The notes: generated by a model not told the origin, from the sequence alone. DNA of 64,000 bases from Candidatus Obscuribacterales bacterium (GCA_965228855.1 CBDDIJ010000002.1:1984001-2048000), one strand, 5' to 3'. Numbered from the stretch's first letter, positions 9,987 to 19,757 are shown. Numbers and translations: made by a program.

Positions 9987-12716
9987 ATGATCATACTGCG
10001 CCAAGCATTGGATCGCCGCGCCCGTATTTCGTCCGTGATACGTGCGTTGGTTTTGATGATATTTATGGTGACTCTGAGCACGGCAGATGCTCAGGCTCAA
10101 CAACAGGCCGGCGGTAATACCAACACCGGTAAAGACGAAGGCGCAGCAATCGATCCGAACACAAACAACATGACCGGTTGGTCGACCCGTGACAATTATT
10201 TCAAACGTTATCCTTTTGCTTCAAGCGCATATCAACACGATCAAAAATCGCTCCATCACAGAGGAACCGTAGAGAACGCAGGTAATACTTCGTTCCTAGA
10301 TGGGCTGTTCGGTGATGGTTCGGACAGCGACTTCAGCTCGTTGTTCGGAGGAAGCAGCAATCCGACTTCGCAGGCTCCGGTGGAAAGGCTTCAGCAGTCC
10401 GATCCGCCCGCTGCCGGTTCTCCAGTTACGGCCTACCCTTTCTACATCAAATTTTGCAATGACAATCCTTACCAGGGCGTCTGCTACTGGCAGATGGGTG
10501 AAGCTGTCGACACTCCAGCAGCCGCTCGAGATATGGAACTGTTCGAAAACGTTCTCACAACATTTGGTTATCCCGTATCCGACACTCAGTTTCAAATCAT
10601 CCAGCGCGAAAACTTTCAGCGCTTACTAGAACTGCTCTACGATCCGGAGCGCAATACCTGGATGATGACGAACACCGCGCAAATTGCCGGTGCGTCTGCG
10701 TCCAACAGTCTGGCATCAGCTTCTGAAAATGCCTGGAATACTTGTCTCGATTACATAATGGACGGCGCTGATGGAACCGGAGTTCTGATCAACGTTGCCA
10801 ACGAACGCTCCGCCACACCGATCGCCAATCCGAACGTACTTTACAAGCAGGTTTCGGAAGCCATCTATATGGTCCAACGGATGTATCGCGAAGTTTTTGT
10901 GCCGATGGCGATCCTGTTCCTTCTGCCCGGTGCAGTGGTCACACAGGTGAAGGCGACCGTCCGGCAGGGCTTCAACATCGAGCAAACTCCGAATCCGTTT
11001 GAAGGAATTCTTCGTTCAATTATCGCTGTATTTTTGATACCAGCCACCCAGGTCATCGTGAGCTACTCAATCGATGTCGGTAATTCGATGGCTGATGCGT
11101 GTAAGGAGTGGGTGGACATTCCTCTTATTCTCGACTGGTCGCACGAACTGACTTATAACGTTAAACCCGAGAATCATAAAAACGTGATCTCTCCGCCGGA
11201 GGCTCAAGGTGGCGTAGGTGGTGCGGCTGCAGGCGGTGGCGGTGCGACCGGCGGTGGTGGCGGCGGCGGACTCCTCGGTGGGCTCACTTCTGCTATAGGC
11301 GGGCTATTCGGTGGCTTAGGATCTTGGATCAGCGGCTTGTTTGGAGCACTGATGGCTCCATTTATTGCAGCGTTCGACGGACTATTCGGGTCGGGCGGTG
11401 ACGGTATCGCCGCGAACATTCCTGAGAACCAAACAATCCATGAAGACCAGCTTGCATTGTCGCAGTACTATCAGGGAATGGTGAACGGAACAGTATTTTT
11501 CGTTTCCCTGACGATCATCATGTTGACCGCGTTTCAGCTGGTCTACATTTGCTACCTTTACCTTCTCGGACCGCTCTCGGCAGCTCTCTTCGCCTGGCCA
11601 ATCGTAAGTTCCAGGAGTTATTTTCGAGCTGTGTTCGGAAAGTGGGTCGAGGCTATCATCTGTATCTCCCTCTGGCGATTCTACTGGGTGACAGCACTTG
11701 CGATTATGACCCAGCGCCTTGTTTACATAGGTGGTGGAAAATTCGGGACCGGCGACTTGCAATGGGAAGCAATCATATTCTGTTGCTCGCTCGGTCTCAT
11801 GCTCTGGTCCGCGATGAATCCGTTTATCTACGATCCAGCAAATGCAGCAGGTAACATCGACAGTACGGCCAAGACCGGTCAGAGCCTCGGTGGTGGTGCC
11901 GGTGGTGGCGGCGGCGGCGGTGATGCCGGTGGCGGTGGCGGTGGCGGTGGAGGTGACGGCGGCGGTGGCGGTGACAACACGCCGCAAGTACCGAGCCAGA
12001 CTGCACCATCAGCACCAAGTACCGCCGGCGGTGGCAGTACGACAAACAACACCACAACGTCTTCTTCCGGACCAGGCGGTGCCGAAAGTAATCAGACCGT
12101 GGCACTATCATCCAGCTCCTCTGGCGGACCTGACGGCGGTGGTGGAGGATCGGATTCCGATAATTCCAGCAGCAGTGGTGGACCGCAGGGCACTCAAGGT
12201 CCTGATTCTGCCAGCCCCGACACATCACTCCCGCCCTCGGCATCTTCTGATGGTGCCGGAGCGGGCGGCAGTGGCTCGGGCGACGCTGGTGGACCTGGCG
12301 GATCAGACGGTGGAGGTGCTCCGGATGTCGCCAACTTGCCACCATCCGCCGATGGCGGTGGCGGCGGCGGTGGTGATGCCGGCGGCGGTGGTGGAGAAGC
12401 TATGCAAGCTGGCGCGGATTGCGGTTTGCCGACCTCTGCTATGCCGTCTGACGGCCCGCCTGTAGGTCTTGGACCCTCATCCGCAGGACCGTCTGCCGTA
12501 TGCAATAGCAACGCAGATTACGCATCGGCTGCTGCTTCTGCGGCGGCGCAAGGAGCGACTGCAGCGGGTGGAGCTGCATCCGGTGCCGGTAGTGCCGGCG
12601 AGGTTGCGCTCAACATCGACGTATCGGGAACTGGCGGCGACGACTCCGGTGGCGGCTCGCCACCGCAGGCTGCACCACCTGTGCCACCACCTCCTAGCTT
12701 CGGCGAAGACGCGTAA
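9987..12716 (+). CDS. Extended VirB6/TrbL-like polytopic membrane protein with Gly/Ser-rich tail (paralog 1)
   Basis: Signal peptide, soluble domain, TM core (YLYLLGPLSAALFAWP...FGKWVEAIICISLWRFYW, similar to VirB6 LxxxGPxxxxxxxxP...FxxW), then ~280 aa Gly/Ser/Asp/Pro tail; upstream of PrgI/VirB4-like genes. Confidence 0.6.
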   Translation: MIILRQALDRRARISSVIRALVLMIFMVTLSTADAQAQQQAGGNTNTGKDEGAAIDPNTNNMTGWSTRDNYFKRYPFASSAYQHDQKSLHHRGTVENAGNTSFLDGLFGDGSDSDFSSLFGGSSNPTSQAPVERLQQSDPPAAGSPVTAYPFYIKFCNDNPYQGVCYWQMGEAVDTPAAARDMELFENVLTTFGYPVSDTQFQIIQRENFQRLLELLYDPERNTWMMTNTAQIAGASASNSLASASENAWNTCLDYIMDGADGTGVLINVANERSATPIANPNVLYKQVSEAIYMVQRMYREVFVPMAILFLLPGAVVTQVKATVRQGFNIEQTPNPFEGILRSIIAVFLIPATQVIVSYSIDVGNSMADACKEWVDIPLILDWSHELTYNVKPENHKNVISPPEAQGGVGGAAAGGGGATGGGGGGGLLGGLTSAIGGLFGGLGSWISGLFGALMAPFIAAFDGLFGSGGDGIAANIPENQTIHEDQLALSQYYQGMVNGTVFFVSLTIIMLTAFQLVYICYLYLLGPLSAALFAWPIVSSRSYFRAVFGKWVEAIICISLWRFYWVTALAIMTQRLVYIGGGKFGTGDLQWEAIIFCCSLGLMLWSAMNPFIYDPANAAGNIDSTAKTGQSLGGGAGGGGGGGDAGGGGGGGGGDGGGGGDNTPQVPSQTAPSAPSTAGGGSTTNNTTTSSSGPGGAESNQTVALSSSSSGGPDGGGGGSDSDNSSSSGGPQGTQGPDSASPDTSLPPSASSDGAGAGGSGSGDAGGPGGSDGGGAPDVANLPPSADGGGGGGGDAGGGGGEAMQAGADCGLPTSAMPSDGPPVGLGPSSAGPSAVCNSNADYASAAASAAAQGATAAGGAASGAGSAGEVALNIDVSGTGGDDSGGGSPPQAAPPVPPPPSFGEDA

Positions 12717-12729
12717 GGGGGGCGGAATA

Positions 12730-15700
12730 ATGAAAAACACAGAAAAGAAAACTGCCTTCGATACGCCAGAGCCAAAAGCCAATAAGGAAAACGAGACGAT
12801 GAAGACTAATTCAAAAGCAGAAACTTTGAGACCGGGACTCCTGGCTCTCTGTCTTCTGCTTGGTGCGTTTATGTTTTCCAACGTGCAGCAAGCATTCGCT
12901 GCCGGTCCGGACTCAAACCCATTGACCCACTGGGACACTCGCTACAACTACTTCCTGCGATTCCCGGCAGCTGCTCAGCACGGCATCCGGCACCAGTACA
13001 ACCCGCAGGGTGGACATGATGTGGTTGAGAACCAGAGATCAATGGGACCGGGCATGGTCACGCACTCCAAGTCCGGGCAGGTTTATGCGTGGCCTGTGAC
13101 AATCCCGACCGCTGAGTCGGCGGTGCCTACTTTCAGGGATGAAGCTATCCAGGAAAACCTGTTTCAAACATTCGGTTATCCAGTTTCCGATACTCAGTTC
13201 CAGGTGATCGAGCGATACAACCATAACCGTTTTCTCGAACAACTTTACGATCCTGAAAAGGCAATGTGGATGTCAACCTCGATGGCAGGCGTGATGGCAA
13301 ACTCAGCCGGTAACTCTGCTGCAAATATGGGTGTCAACCAGTGCGTCAACGCGATCGATTATGTGCGTCAACCGCTCGCTAACTTTACTGCTGAAGCTGG
13401 AAACATCTGGCAGCGGATAAGGTACGAACTGTTTATTCCGATGGCTGTTCTATTACTCCTCCCGGGAGCTGTGCTTGCGCAGGTGCGTTCGATTGTCGCA
13501 CAAGGCTCCGGAGTGCTAGGAGACGTCAGTCCATTTGAAGGCATCTTGCGTTCGGTAATCGCAATATTCTTGATACCGGGCTCCTTTCTTGTGATCAACT
13601 ACGGAATTGACGTTTCCAACTCGCTTACGTTCACAATTGCCGATGAGTATCATCGAATGTTCGGCAGTGATATGTATGAGGATGCGAAGTGCGCAATTCG
13701 TCGAGCTATGCCGATCAACGACCCTAATTCGAACAGAAATGCGATCGAGCCTCCAATGGAAGCACCGCTTGTCGAGCATGACGTATGGTCTCCTTACGAA
13801 TCATGGGACATAGCCACTCGCTTGTACGATCCATGCGTTGGAGTCGATGAGTCGAGACTTCCTGATGAAGACGTAAACGCTTCGATGATGATCAACCGTT
13901 TGCTGTTCAATACGACTTTGTCCAGCTTAGGCTTGACGTGGAACATTTACTGCGCATTCCAGATGGTCTTCCTTTATTACCTGTGGTGCATGGGACCAAT
14001 TGCCTCTGCATTGTGGGTTTGGCCGATAAACAGGCTGCGCAGTGCATTTGGAAACTGGGTTGAGGGTGTGGTGATCCTCTGTTTCTGGGCGCTGTTCTGG
14101 AACACGTCCATCTTCTTGCTTGCCGCATTCAAAGGAATCGGCGATACCGGTACGGTATACACCGCCGCACTCGTGTTCCTCTGCATCCAATCCGTTAAAT
14201 ACGCTTTTGACTTCGTCAGCCTGGTCGGCAGTGCCGCGGACGGTGCGAGCCAGATGGCTAAGGAAGCTATCGGTCAGCTCTCGCCGAAGAGTGGTGGCGC
14301 CGGTGGTGGCGGTGGCGGCGGAGGCGGTGGTGCGCCGAGCGGAGGATCACGCGGAGGCGGTGGTTCGCGCGGCGGTGGCGGCGGTGGCGGTGGTGGGTCT
14401 ACTCCCAGCGCGCCCAGCACCACGACGAATTCTACTGCCGGTGCTCTCTCGTCCGGCTCGCCAGTCGGTCGAAGCGGGCTGGGAGCCAATCTATCAACTA
14501 TGAGTCCCTCGCCGATGCCTATGCCAGGCGCTGGATCTGGTGGCGCAGGTGGTGGCGCCGGCGGCCCCGGCGGTGCGCCTGGAGGAGCTGCGGGTGCTGC
14601 AGGTCCTGAGGCCGGTCCAGACGGCGGCAAAGGTTCCGGTCCTCCTCCTGGCTCTGGTGACGGACCCGGCGGCGGCAAGGGTGCCGATGGAGAAGGTGGT
14701 TCAGGTACAGGAGCGGCCGCGGGTGCTGCGGCTGCAGCCATCGGTGGTCTGGCGCTTGGTGGTGGAAAAGGCGGCGACGGCGGCGGTGGTGCGCCACCTA
14801 TGTCGAGTGCGGCCTATTCGATGTCCAAGAGTGTGACCAACGTTGGCGGTGATGTGAATTCCGGCGATCTGTCGCAATTGGCCAATCGCAATCAGGACAA
14901 CTCGCTGTTCAACAACACCACTGGAGCGCCTGACGGTGCGGCTGGACCGATGGGTCTGCCTCCGATGGCAGGCGGAGACATGTTGAGCAATGCTGCGATC
15001 AATCAAGCTGGCAACGCTCTCTTCGGAGATGGACCGACAGCGGGTCTGGACAATAAGGCTCTGACCGCGGCGGCGATGCTCAGCGGTCCCGAAGCCTTCA
15101 TGGGCGGAAACAGCGGAATGACCGGACTGCCCAGTGCAGCCGATCGCAACCCGCTGGCAAAGGACCTGGCGCTCGACCAGATGCACACATCCGGTTCGCA
15201 GCATCATGTCATGGCAAACGGTATCGACGCCAGCATGGCAGGAAATCCGCAGGCCGAACTGGCACGCGCCACTACCCAGGATTTGATGAAGCAATCCGGT
15301 ATTGGTGACGAGACTCTCAACAGAGCTCTTGCCGGTGATACGAATGCCACACAGGCAATTCAAGATAAGCTTGGAGTTTCTCCAATGACTCTGGAATTGG
15401 CTCGGGGTGGCGATCCGGGAGCTACCGCTCTGGCTATGGAATCATCCATGCGGGCAAATGGTCATGTCGGCGCGTTGCCCCCGGGCGAGGCTCAGACTCA
15501 AAGAGATCAGCTCTTGCATGCGGCTGCGGTCAATAATGATCCGGTTGCTGCTCGTGAGTTGTTAGCCCGCAACGGAGAGCACACCGTCGCGGCGATGTCT
15601 GCCTCGCAGAGCGTCACGCAGGAGCTTCAGCAAGCCGGAGTAACTCAAGACCAATTCCGTCAGGCGCTCGGCGGTGATGCAAACATGCAGCACATGGTCT

Positions 15701-18456
15701 CCGAGAAGATGGGCGGAGCAAGTTTCGAACAGGTCCAGAGCGCATATTATGGAAACACGGGTGATGCGGCAGCCACTATGGTGGCGCGTGGAAACTCCGA
15801 AATTCAGGGTCTGCAAGCCATGGGCATGTCGAATCAGCAAATTCAACAAGAAGCGGTTAGAAATGGCGATGCTTCGATTCTGGCTGCTCAGGCTGCGCAA
15901 TCGGCTCCGCAAGGCACTCTCGAACGTGCAATGCAAGGAGATACGGGGGCTCAGCGCGAGTTGCAGCAGGCAATAGGTTCCAATCCAACAATGCTGGAAG
16001 CCGCTTATAACGGTTCTTCTCACGCTCGAAGCGCAATTGAAAGCGCTTCCGGCGGTCAGGATGCTATGGTAATGGCCTCCGCATCCCACAATACGCAGGC
16101 GGTTCTCAGCCAGATGACCGGCGACCCGCGCGCCGTCGAACAAGCTTTGAGCGGTTCTCCTCAACAGAGAGAAGCATTCGTTCAACAGATGTCTTCGGAG
16201 CTTGGTGTGAGCCCGCGTGTTCTGAATGAAGCCGTAAGTGGTGGCAGTATGGAAGCCAGCACGGTTATGGCTAGAGCTGGACAGGTAGCTGAAGCCGGCG
16301 TCAGTGGCGGCGGCAACTACCAGCTCTCCGAGATGCAGACCCGACTTTCTGAAGGGCTGCAATCCGGCAGCGGGTTGATGATGGCTGCGCAAGCGTCGTA
16401 CTCTGCTGCCACGCATGGTGGTCAGGACACGCAGACGCTGTCATACGCGGCGTCGGGCAGTCAGTCACACGCGATGGCGGTGTCAGGAGCGGTCCAATCG
16501 AGCCAGGAGCTACGCTCCATGGGTTCGCCAGAAGCCAGCTCTGTGATTTCCGCAAGCTCAAGTGTTACGCACAGTGCCGGTGAGGCTTTGCAAAGTTATG
16601 CTTCTGCCAATCCGACCGCTGCGCTCCACGATGCTTCAGTGACCGCCCAGACTACTCTGCGAGACGCCGGCATCGATCCGCAGGCGGTGGTCAGTGGAGT
16701 CAGGAGTGGTGACAATACCGAGCTGACCAGGGCTGCCACCACATTCGGTGTCGCTCCGGACGTGGTGCAGGGCGCGCTCATGCGTGGTGATGCCGGAGAC
16801 GCGATGACATTGGTCGGAGCAGCGGGACGTAACACCCTGGCTCAGGGACCGGAAGCGGTCCAGTACGCTTCTCAGACTCAGTCCGGGCAGCTGGCCTTGC
16901 ACGTGGCTCAGAGCGTTCCTCAGGAGGTCCTCAGTTCTGCGATGTCCGGAAATGATGTCGCCCAGGCGCAGCTGGCTCGCTCTGTCGCGTCCGACCCGCA
17001 AGTGTTGGGCTCGGCTGCTGGAAACGAAGTTTCGCTTCGAGCCGTTGGTGCCACTCTCGGTGATGGCGCTTACGCGGCTGTCGCGGCTTCCAGCGCTGCC
17101 CAAGACATGGTTCGCATGCACCCGGATCAGAATCTGGTGCAAAGCGCACTTTATGGTCAGGGTGGTGAACAACAAGCGGCAATGGTTCACCTTGCGAGGG
17201 ACATGAATGTCGCTCCGCAGGTGTTAGCTAATTCACTTTCAGGTTCAAGCCAGGACCTGTCAGCGATGGTTTCGGCTTCATCCGCCGGACTGCATCGCTC
17301 ACAAGAAGCGACTCCGAGTTCTCCGTATTTCTCTGAACTATCAAGGACTTCCGGTGAGCAAGCTCCGATTGCGCAAGCCGTCCAGGCTGCAGGTTACGGA
17401 CAGAGCTACGAGGCTTCAACCCTTGCCGGTCAAGGTGTACCTGGGGCCATGGAGGCTGTACGTGCCACTATGGAGGTGAATCCGCAGTTGAGTCGCCTCG
17501 CAAGTGAGGGCAATCAGACGGCCAGCGCCATCATGACTGCCGCCTCGTCTGCCGGTCACTACGGTCCTAGCAGCTTTGCCGAGGTGGTGCGCGACGTAGG
17601 ATTGGCGGTGGGTGCCGGTGGCGCTATCATGAGCAACCTCCGTCCGTCCGACCCTGTCCACGGCATCCAGCCTCATCACCATCACATGGATAGAGGTGCC
17701 ATAAGCGGTTACGAGCAATTCGTATCGCGTCCGGAACCTCAACACTATTCACAGCCGCAACAATATTCGGAATATCGTGGCGGCGGCATGGAAGGTCGTG
17801 GTGGAATGGCGCAGGCTCATCCTCCGGACTCCTTGAGTCACGGAGGCAGCGCAATGCACTCACGCGATTCCGGCGCTACTCCGACGGCTCATCATATGGA
17901 GCCTGGTCCAAGTGCTCGCTACGTGGAGGGCACGTCAGGTCCAGCTCCAACGCCTCAGCACCGGGAGCCAGGATCCGGCTCGATTCCGACTGCTCATCAC
18001 GAGTCAGGCTCTGTCTATCGCTCGGAACCTGCCCCCGGAATGAGTTCTGCCGGACATCATCCGGAGCCGGGTCTGAGTGGACCGCCGCCAGGCGTTGAGC
18101 CCGGTATCGATCCTCGAGGTCAGTACATCGCAGAACAGCAGCGTGCTGAAAGCACTCCAGCTGTGGGCTGGTTCTCGGAAGGTCGCAAGGACGAAAGCGG
18201 AGCCAGCGGTTCCAAGCTCGGCAACGTCACTTCCGGCGCGACACCGATCCCGACAGGCGGAGCGCAGAACCGCTCCCTGACGCCTCAGGCGTGGGGTGGC
18301 GCACAAAATCGCAAAGCACAGGAGGAGAAGCTCGCCAGACAGCGCATAGCTGACCTGGAAGCTCAAGCTCGCCGTGCCAAGGCGGCTAACGACCAGGCTG
18401 AGTACGAGAAGATCAAGCGTAGTCTCGAACAGTTCGGTCATAAGTTGGATGACTAA
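12730..18456 (+). CDS. Giant extended VirB6/TrbL-like protein with poly-Gly linker, helical repeat array and His/Pro repeats (paralog 2)
   Basis: Shares TFGYPVSDTQFQ, LYDPE, FEGILRS.IA.FLIP and GP..SAL..WP motifs with paralog 1. Real start ATG 12730 (or 12799), because the track start 12469 lies inside the upstream gene. Confidence 0.65.
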   Translation: MKNTEKKTAFDTPEPKANKENETMKTNSKAETLRPGLLALCLLLGAFMFSNVQQAFAAGPDSNPLTHWDTRYNYFLRFPAAAQHGIRHQYNPQGGHDVVENQRSMGPGMVTHSKSGQVYAWPVTIPTAESAVPTFRDEAIQENLFQTFGYPVSDTQFQVIERYNHNRFLEQLYDPEKAMWMSTSMAGVMANSAGNSAANMGVNQCVNAIDYVRQPLANFTAEAGNIWQRIRYELFIPMAVLLLLPGAVLAQVRSIVAQGSGVLGDVSPFEGILRSVIAIFLIPGSFLVINYGIDVSNSLTFTIADEYHRMFGSDMYEDAKCAIRRAMPINDPNSNRNAIEPPMEAPLVEHDVWSPYESWDIATRLYDPCVGVDESRLPDEDVNASMMINRLLFNTTLSSLGLTWNIYCAFQMVFLYYLWCMGPIASALWVWPINRLRSAFGNWVEGVVILCFWALFWNTSIFLLAAFKGIGDTGTVYTAALVFLCIQSVKYAFDFVSLVGSAADGASQMAKEAIGQLSPKSGGAGGGGGGGGGGAPSGGSRGGGGSRGGGGGGGGGSTPSAPSTTTNSTAGALSSGSPVGRSGLGANLSTMSPSPMPMPGAGSGGAGGGAGGPGGAPGGAAGAAGPEAGPDGGKGSGPPPGSGDGPGGGKGADGEGGSGTGAAAGAAAAAIGGLALGGGKGGDGGGGAPPMSSAAYSMSKSVTNVGGDVNSGDLSQLANRNQDNSLFNNTTGAPDGAAGPMGLPPMAGGDMLSNAAINQAGNALFGDGPTAGLDNKALTAAAMLSGPEAFMGGNSGMTGLPSAADRNPLAKDLALDQMHTSGSQHHVMANGIDASMAGNPQAELARATTQDLMKQSGIGDETLNRALAGDTNATQAIQDKLGVSPMTLELARGGDPGATALAMESSMRANGHVGALPPGEAQTQRDQLLHAAAVNNDPVAARELLARNGEHTVAAMSASQSVTQELQQAGVTQDQFRQALGGDANMQHMVSEKMGGASFEQVQSAYYGNTGDAAATMVARGNSEIQGLQAMGMSNQQIQQEAVRNGDASILAAQAAQSAPQGTLERAMQGDTGAQRELQQAIGSNPTMLEAAYNGSSHARSAIESASGGQDAMVMASASHNTQAVLSQMTGDPRAVEQALSGSPQQREAFVQQMSSELGVSPRVLNEAVSGGSMEASTVMARAGQVAEAGVSGGGNYQLSEMQTRLSEGLQSGSGLMMAAQASYSAATHGGQDTQTLSYAASGSQSHAMAVSGAVQSSQELRSMGSPEASSVISASSSVTHSAGEALQSYASANPTAALHDASVTAQTTLRDAGIDPQAVVSGVRSGDNTELTRAATTFGVAPDVVQGALMRGDAGDAMTLVGAAGRNTLAQGPEAVQYASQTQSGQLALHVAQSVPQEVLSSAMSGNDVAQAQLARSVASDPQVLGSAAGNEVSLRAVGATLGDGAYAAVAASSAAQDMVRMHPDQNLVQSALYGQGGEQQAAMVHLARDMNVAPQVLANSLSGSSQDLSAMVSASSAGLHRSQEATPSSPYFSELSRTSGEQAPIAQAVQAAGYGQSYEASTLAGQGVPGAMEAVRATMEVNPQLSRLASEGNQTASAIMTAASSAGHYGPSSFAEVVRDVGLAVGAGGAIMSNLRPSDPVHGIQPHHHHMDRGAISGYEQFVSRPEPQHYSQPQQYSEYRGGGMEGRGGMAQAHPPDSLSHGGSAMHSRDSGATPTAHHMEPGPSARYVEGTSGPAPTPQHREPGSGSIPTAHHESGSVYRSEPAPGMSSAGHHPEPGLSGPPPGVEPGIDPRGQYIAEQQRAESTPAVGWFSEGRKDESGASGSKLGNVTSGATPIPTGGAQNRSLTPQAWGGAQNRKAQEEKLARQRIADLEAQARRAKAANDQAEYEKIKRSLEQFGHKLDD
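15270..17550 (+). repeat. Degenerate protein-level helical repeat array (~45-60 aa units)
   Basis: At least seven units of the form L..A..G[DSN]..A......LG..P..L..A..G, e.g. LNRALAGDTNA..LGVSPMTLELARGGD, LERAMQGDTGA..IGSNPTMLEAAYNGS, VEQALSGSPQQ..LGVSPRVLNEAVSGG, LSSAMSGNDVA..VASDPQVLGSAAGN. Confidence 0.7.
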
Positions 18457-18474
18457 TCGTCATTCTGATAAATC

Positions 18475-18521
18475 CGCGGGTCTAGACCGGTAATTAAGTA
18501 GCAATCCCGGTCTAGATCGCG
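18475..18521. repeat. Inverted repeat (hairpin or operator) after the giant gene
   Basis: CGCGGGTCTAGACCGG-16 nt-CCGGTCTAGATCGCG; 10-bp perfect core, each arm centred on TCTAGA; no U-tract. Confidence 0.55.
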
Positions 18522-18650
18522 TAACATGAACTTATTGACAACTCCCGGAGGGCTTCCACGGCTATCGAGAAAAATTAGAATCAAACTTCACTGCTCAGAT
18601 TGGCATAATATCTGTGCGGGGCACATGTCCGGGTTCTTCAAGGAGACCAA

Positions 18651-19268
18651 ATGCATCTAGCGGACGTAGGAGTTAAGTGCCACAACTGTGGAGTTGTATT
18701 CAACACGAAACAAATTCCGCTCATCGTCGACACGGGAAATAGAAACAGCGAACTCAGGCTCTTCATCGGGGGCTCTAATGAGAATTTCGAGCAGTATGCT
18801 GTCTGCACCTGTCCGTCGTGCGGGCTTGCTGATTGGGCGACGGCCTTCAGGAAGTCCGACGAACCATCCGTGTTGAGTCAAGCAAACTCTACTCCTCATC
18901 TACAGTTTCGTTGGGCTGCATTGGCGGCTGAGCGAGGTGGGAAGAGCTTCTACGCTATTGGTTTACTGTACCTCTATGCCGCCTGGTGCGCCGACGACAT
19001 CAATGCCATTCCTCAAGCCCGAGAATATCGAAAACTGGCTATCGACGCCTTCGCAAAATCGCTTACGGACGGTTCCTGTCCTCATGCTCAGCGAGCGGAG
19101 ATTGAGTATTTGATAGGTGAGTTACTGAGACGAGCCGGAGATTTTTTGAACGCAGTCGAGTACATGAAGGAGGTCGCGCCGCGCTTGCCGGCTAAATATG
19201 CCATGATGGCGCGCAAGGTTATGCGAATGAGTCAGGAAGGTCGCCTTGACCCAATCGAATTCAACTGA
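18651..19268 (+). CDS. DUF2225-like Zn-ribbon plus TPR-like protein
   Basis: CHNC...CPSC; LYLYAAW..DD; YLIGELLRRAGDF; AAGGAG RBS. Confidence 0.75.
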   Translation: MHLADVGVKCHNCGVVFNTKQIPLIVDTGNRNSELRLFIGGSNENFEQYAVCTCPSCGLADWATAFRKSDEPSVLSQANSTPHLQFRWAALAAERGGKSFYAIGLLYLYAAWCADDINAIPQAREYRKLAIDAFAKSLTDGSCPHAQRAEIEYLIGELLRRAGDFLNAVEYMKEVAPRLPAKYAMMARKVMRMSQEGRLDPIEFN

Positions 19269-19297
19269 CGTGAATGAAGCCAAGTGAGGTCCAATAA

Positions 19298-19681
19298 ATG
19301 TCGCAAGTTCATCGCGTAATAAATTTGAGGGAGCCTTTCAAGCTCTTCGGCATGACGCTGCATCAGATAGGCTGGTTGGCTCTCGGCGTGATCCTGGCCT
19401 TTGCGGTCGGTTCTCGAGTTCCTGGCGAATGGAAAATGGGAAATGTGCCGGCTGGTATAGTTTTAGGCATCGTGATTGTCGGTGTCGCCATTGTTGCCGG
19501 CGGTTTTACCGAATTAAAACCGATGGTTTGGTGGCGAAATATGTTTATGTACAGGCTGGGATTGGTGCCAAAATTGTACATTCCAAAAGCGGAAATGGGG
19601 CGTGTGTATCCAGATCCGACGATTACCGAACGCTCTGACGCGGAAGAATTCTATGTGGAGAGAGAAGGGCGGATGGACTAA
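19298..19681 (+). CDS. PrgI/VirB3-like two-TM protein
   Basis: 127 aa; REPFKLFGMTLHQIGWL resembles the PrgI N-terminal motif; two TM helices; immediately upstream of VirB4-like gene. Confidence 0.7.
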   Translation: MSQVHRVINLREPFKLFGMTLHQIGWLALGVILAFAVGSRVPGEWKMGNVPAGIVLGIVIVGVAIVAGGFTELKPMVWWRNMFMYRLGLVPKLYIPKAEMGRVYPDPTITERSDAEEFYVEREGRMD

Positions 19682-19757
19682 CTGGGGTTAGAACGGTTGA
19701 TCTAACTCGAATTTTCGGATTACACTGAGAATCAGTACAGGAACAGGTTTTTACTGG

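Noticed and set aside
12469..12729. N-terminal extension of the 1995-aa ORF, or frameshift fusion with the upstream paralog
   Set aside because: Extension overlaps the upstream gene in another frame; ATG 12730/12799 gives a normal signal peptide and each paralog has its own complete core.
11880..14800. GGCGGT-type runs as DNA repeats or CRISPR
   Set aside because: They are poly-Gly codons within ORFs; no repeat-spacer periodicity anywhere in the window.
7895..18456. Type I secretion (TolC plus giant Gly-rich RTX adhesin)
   Set aside because: No ABC transporter or HlyD; no GGxGxDxL nonapeptide series; the giant proteins have Sec signals and polytopic cores.
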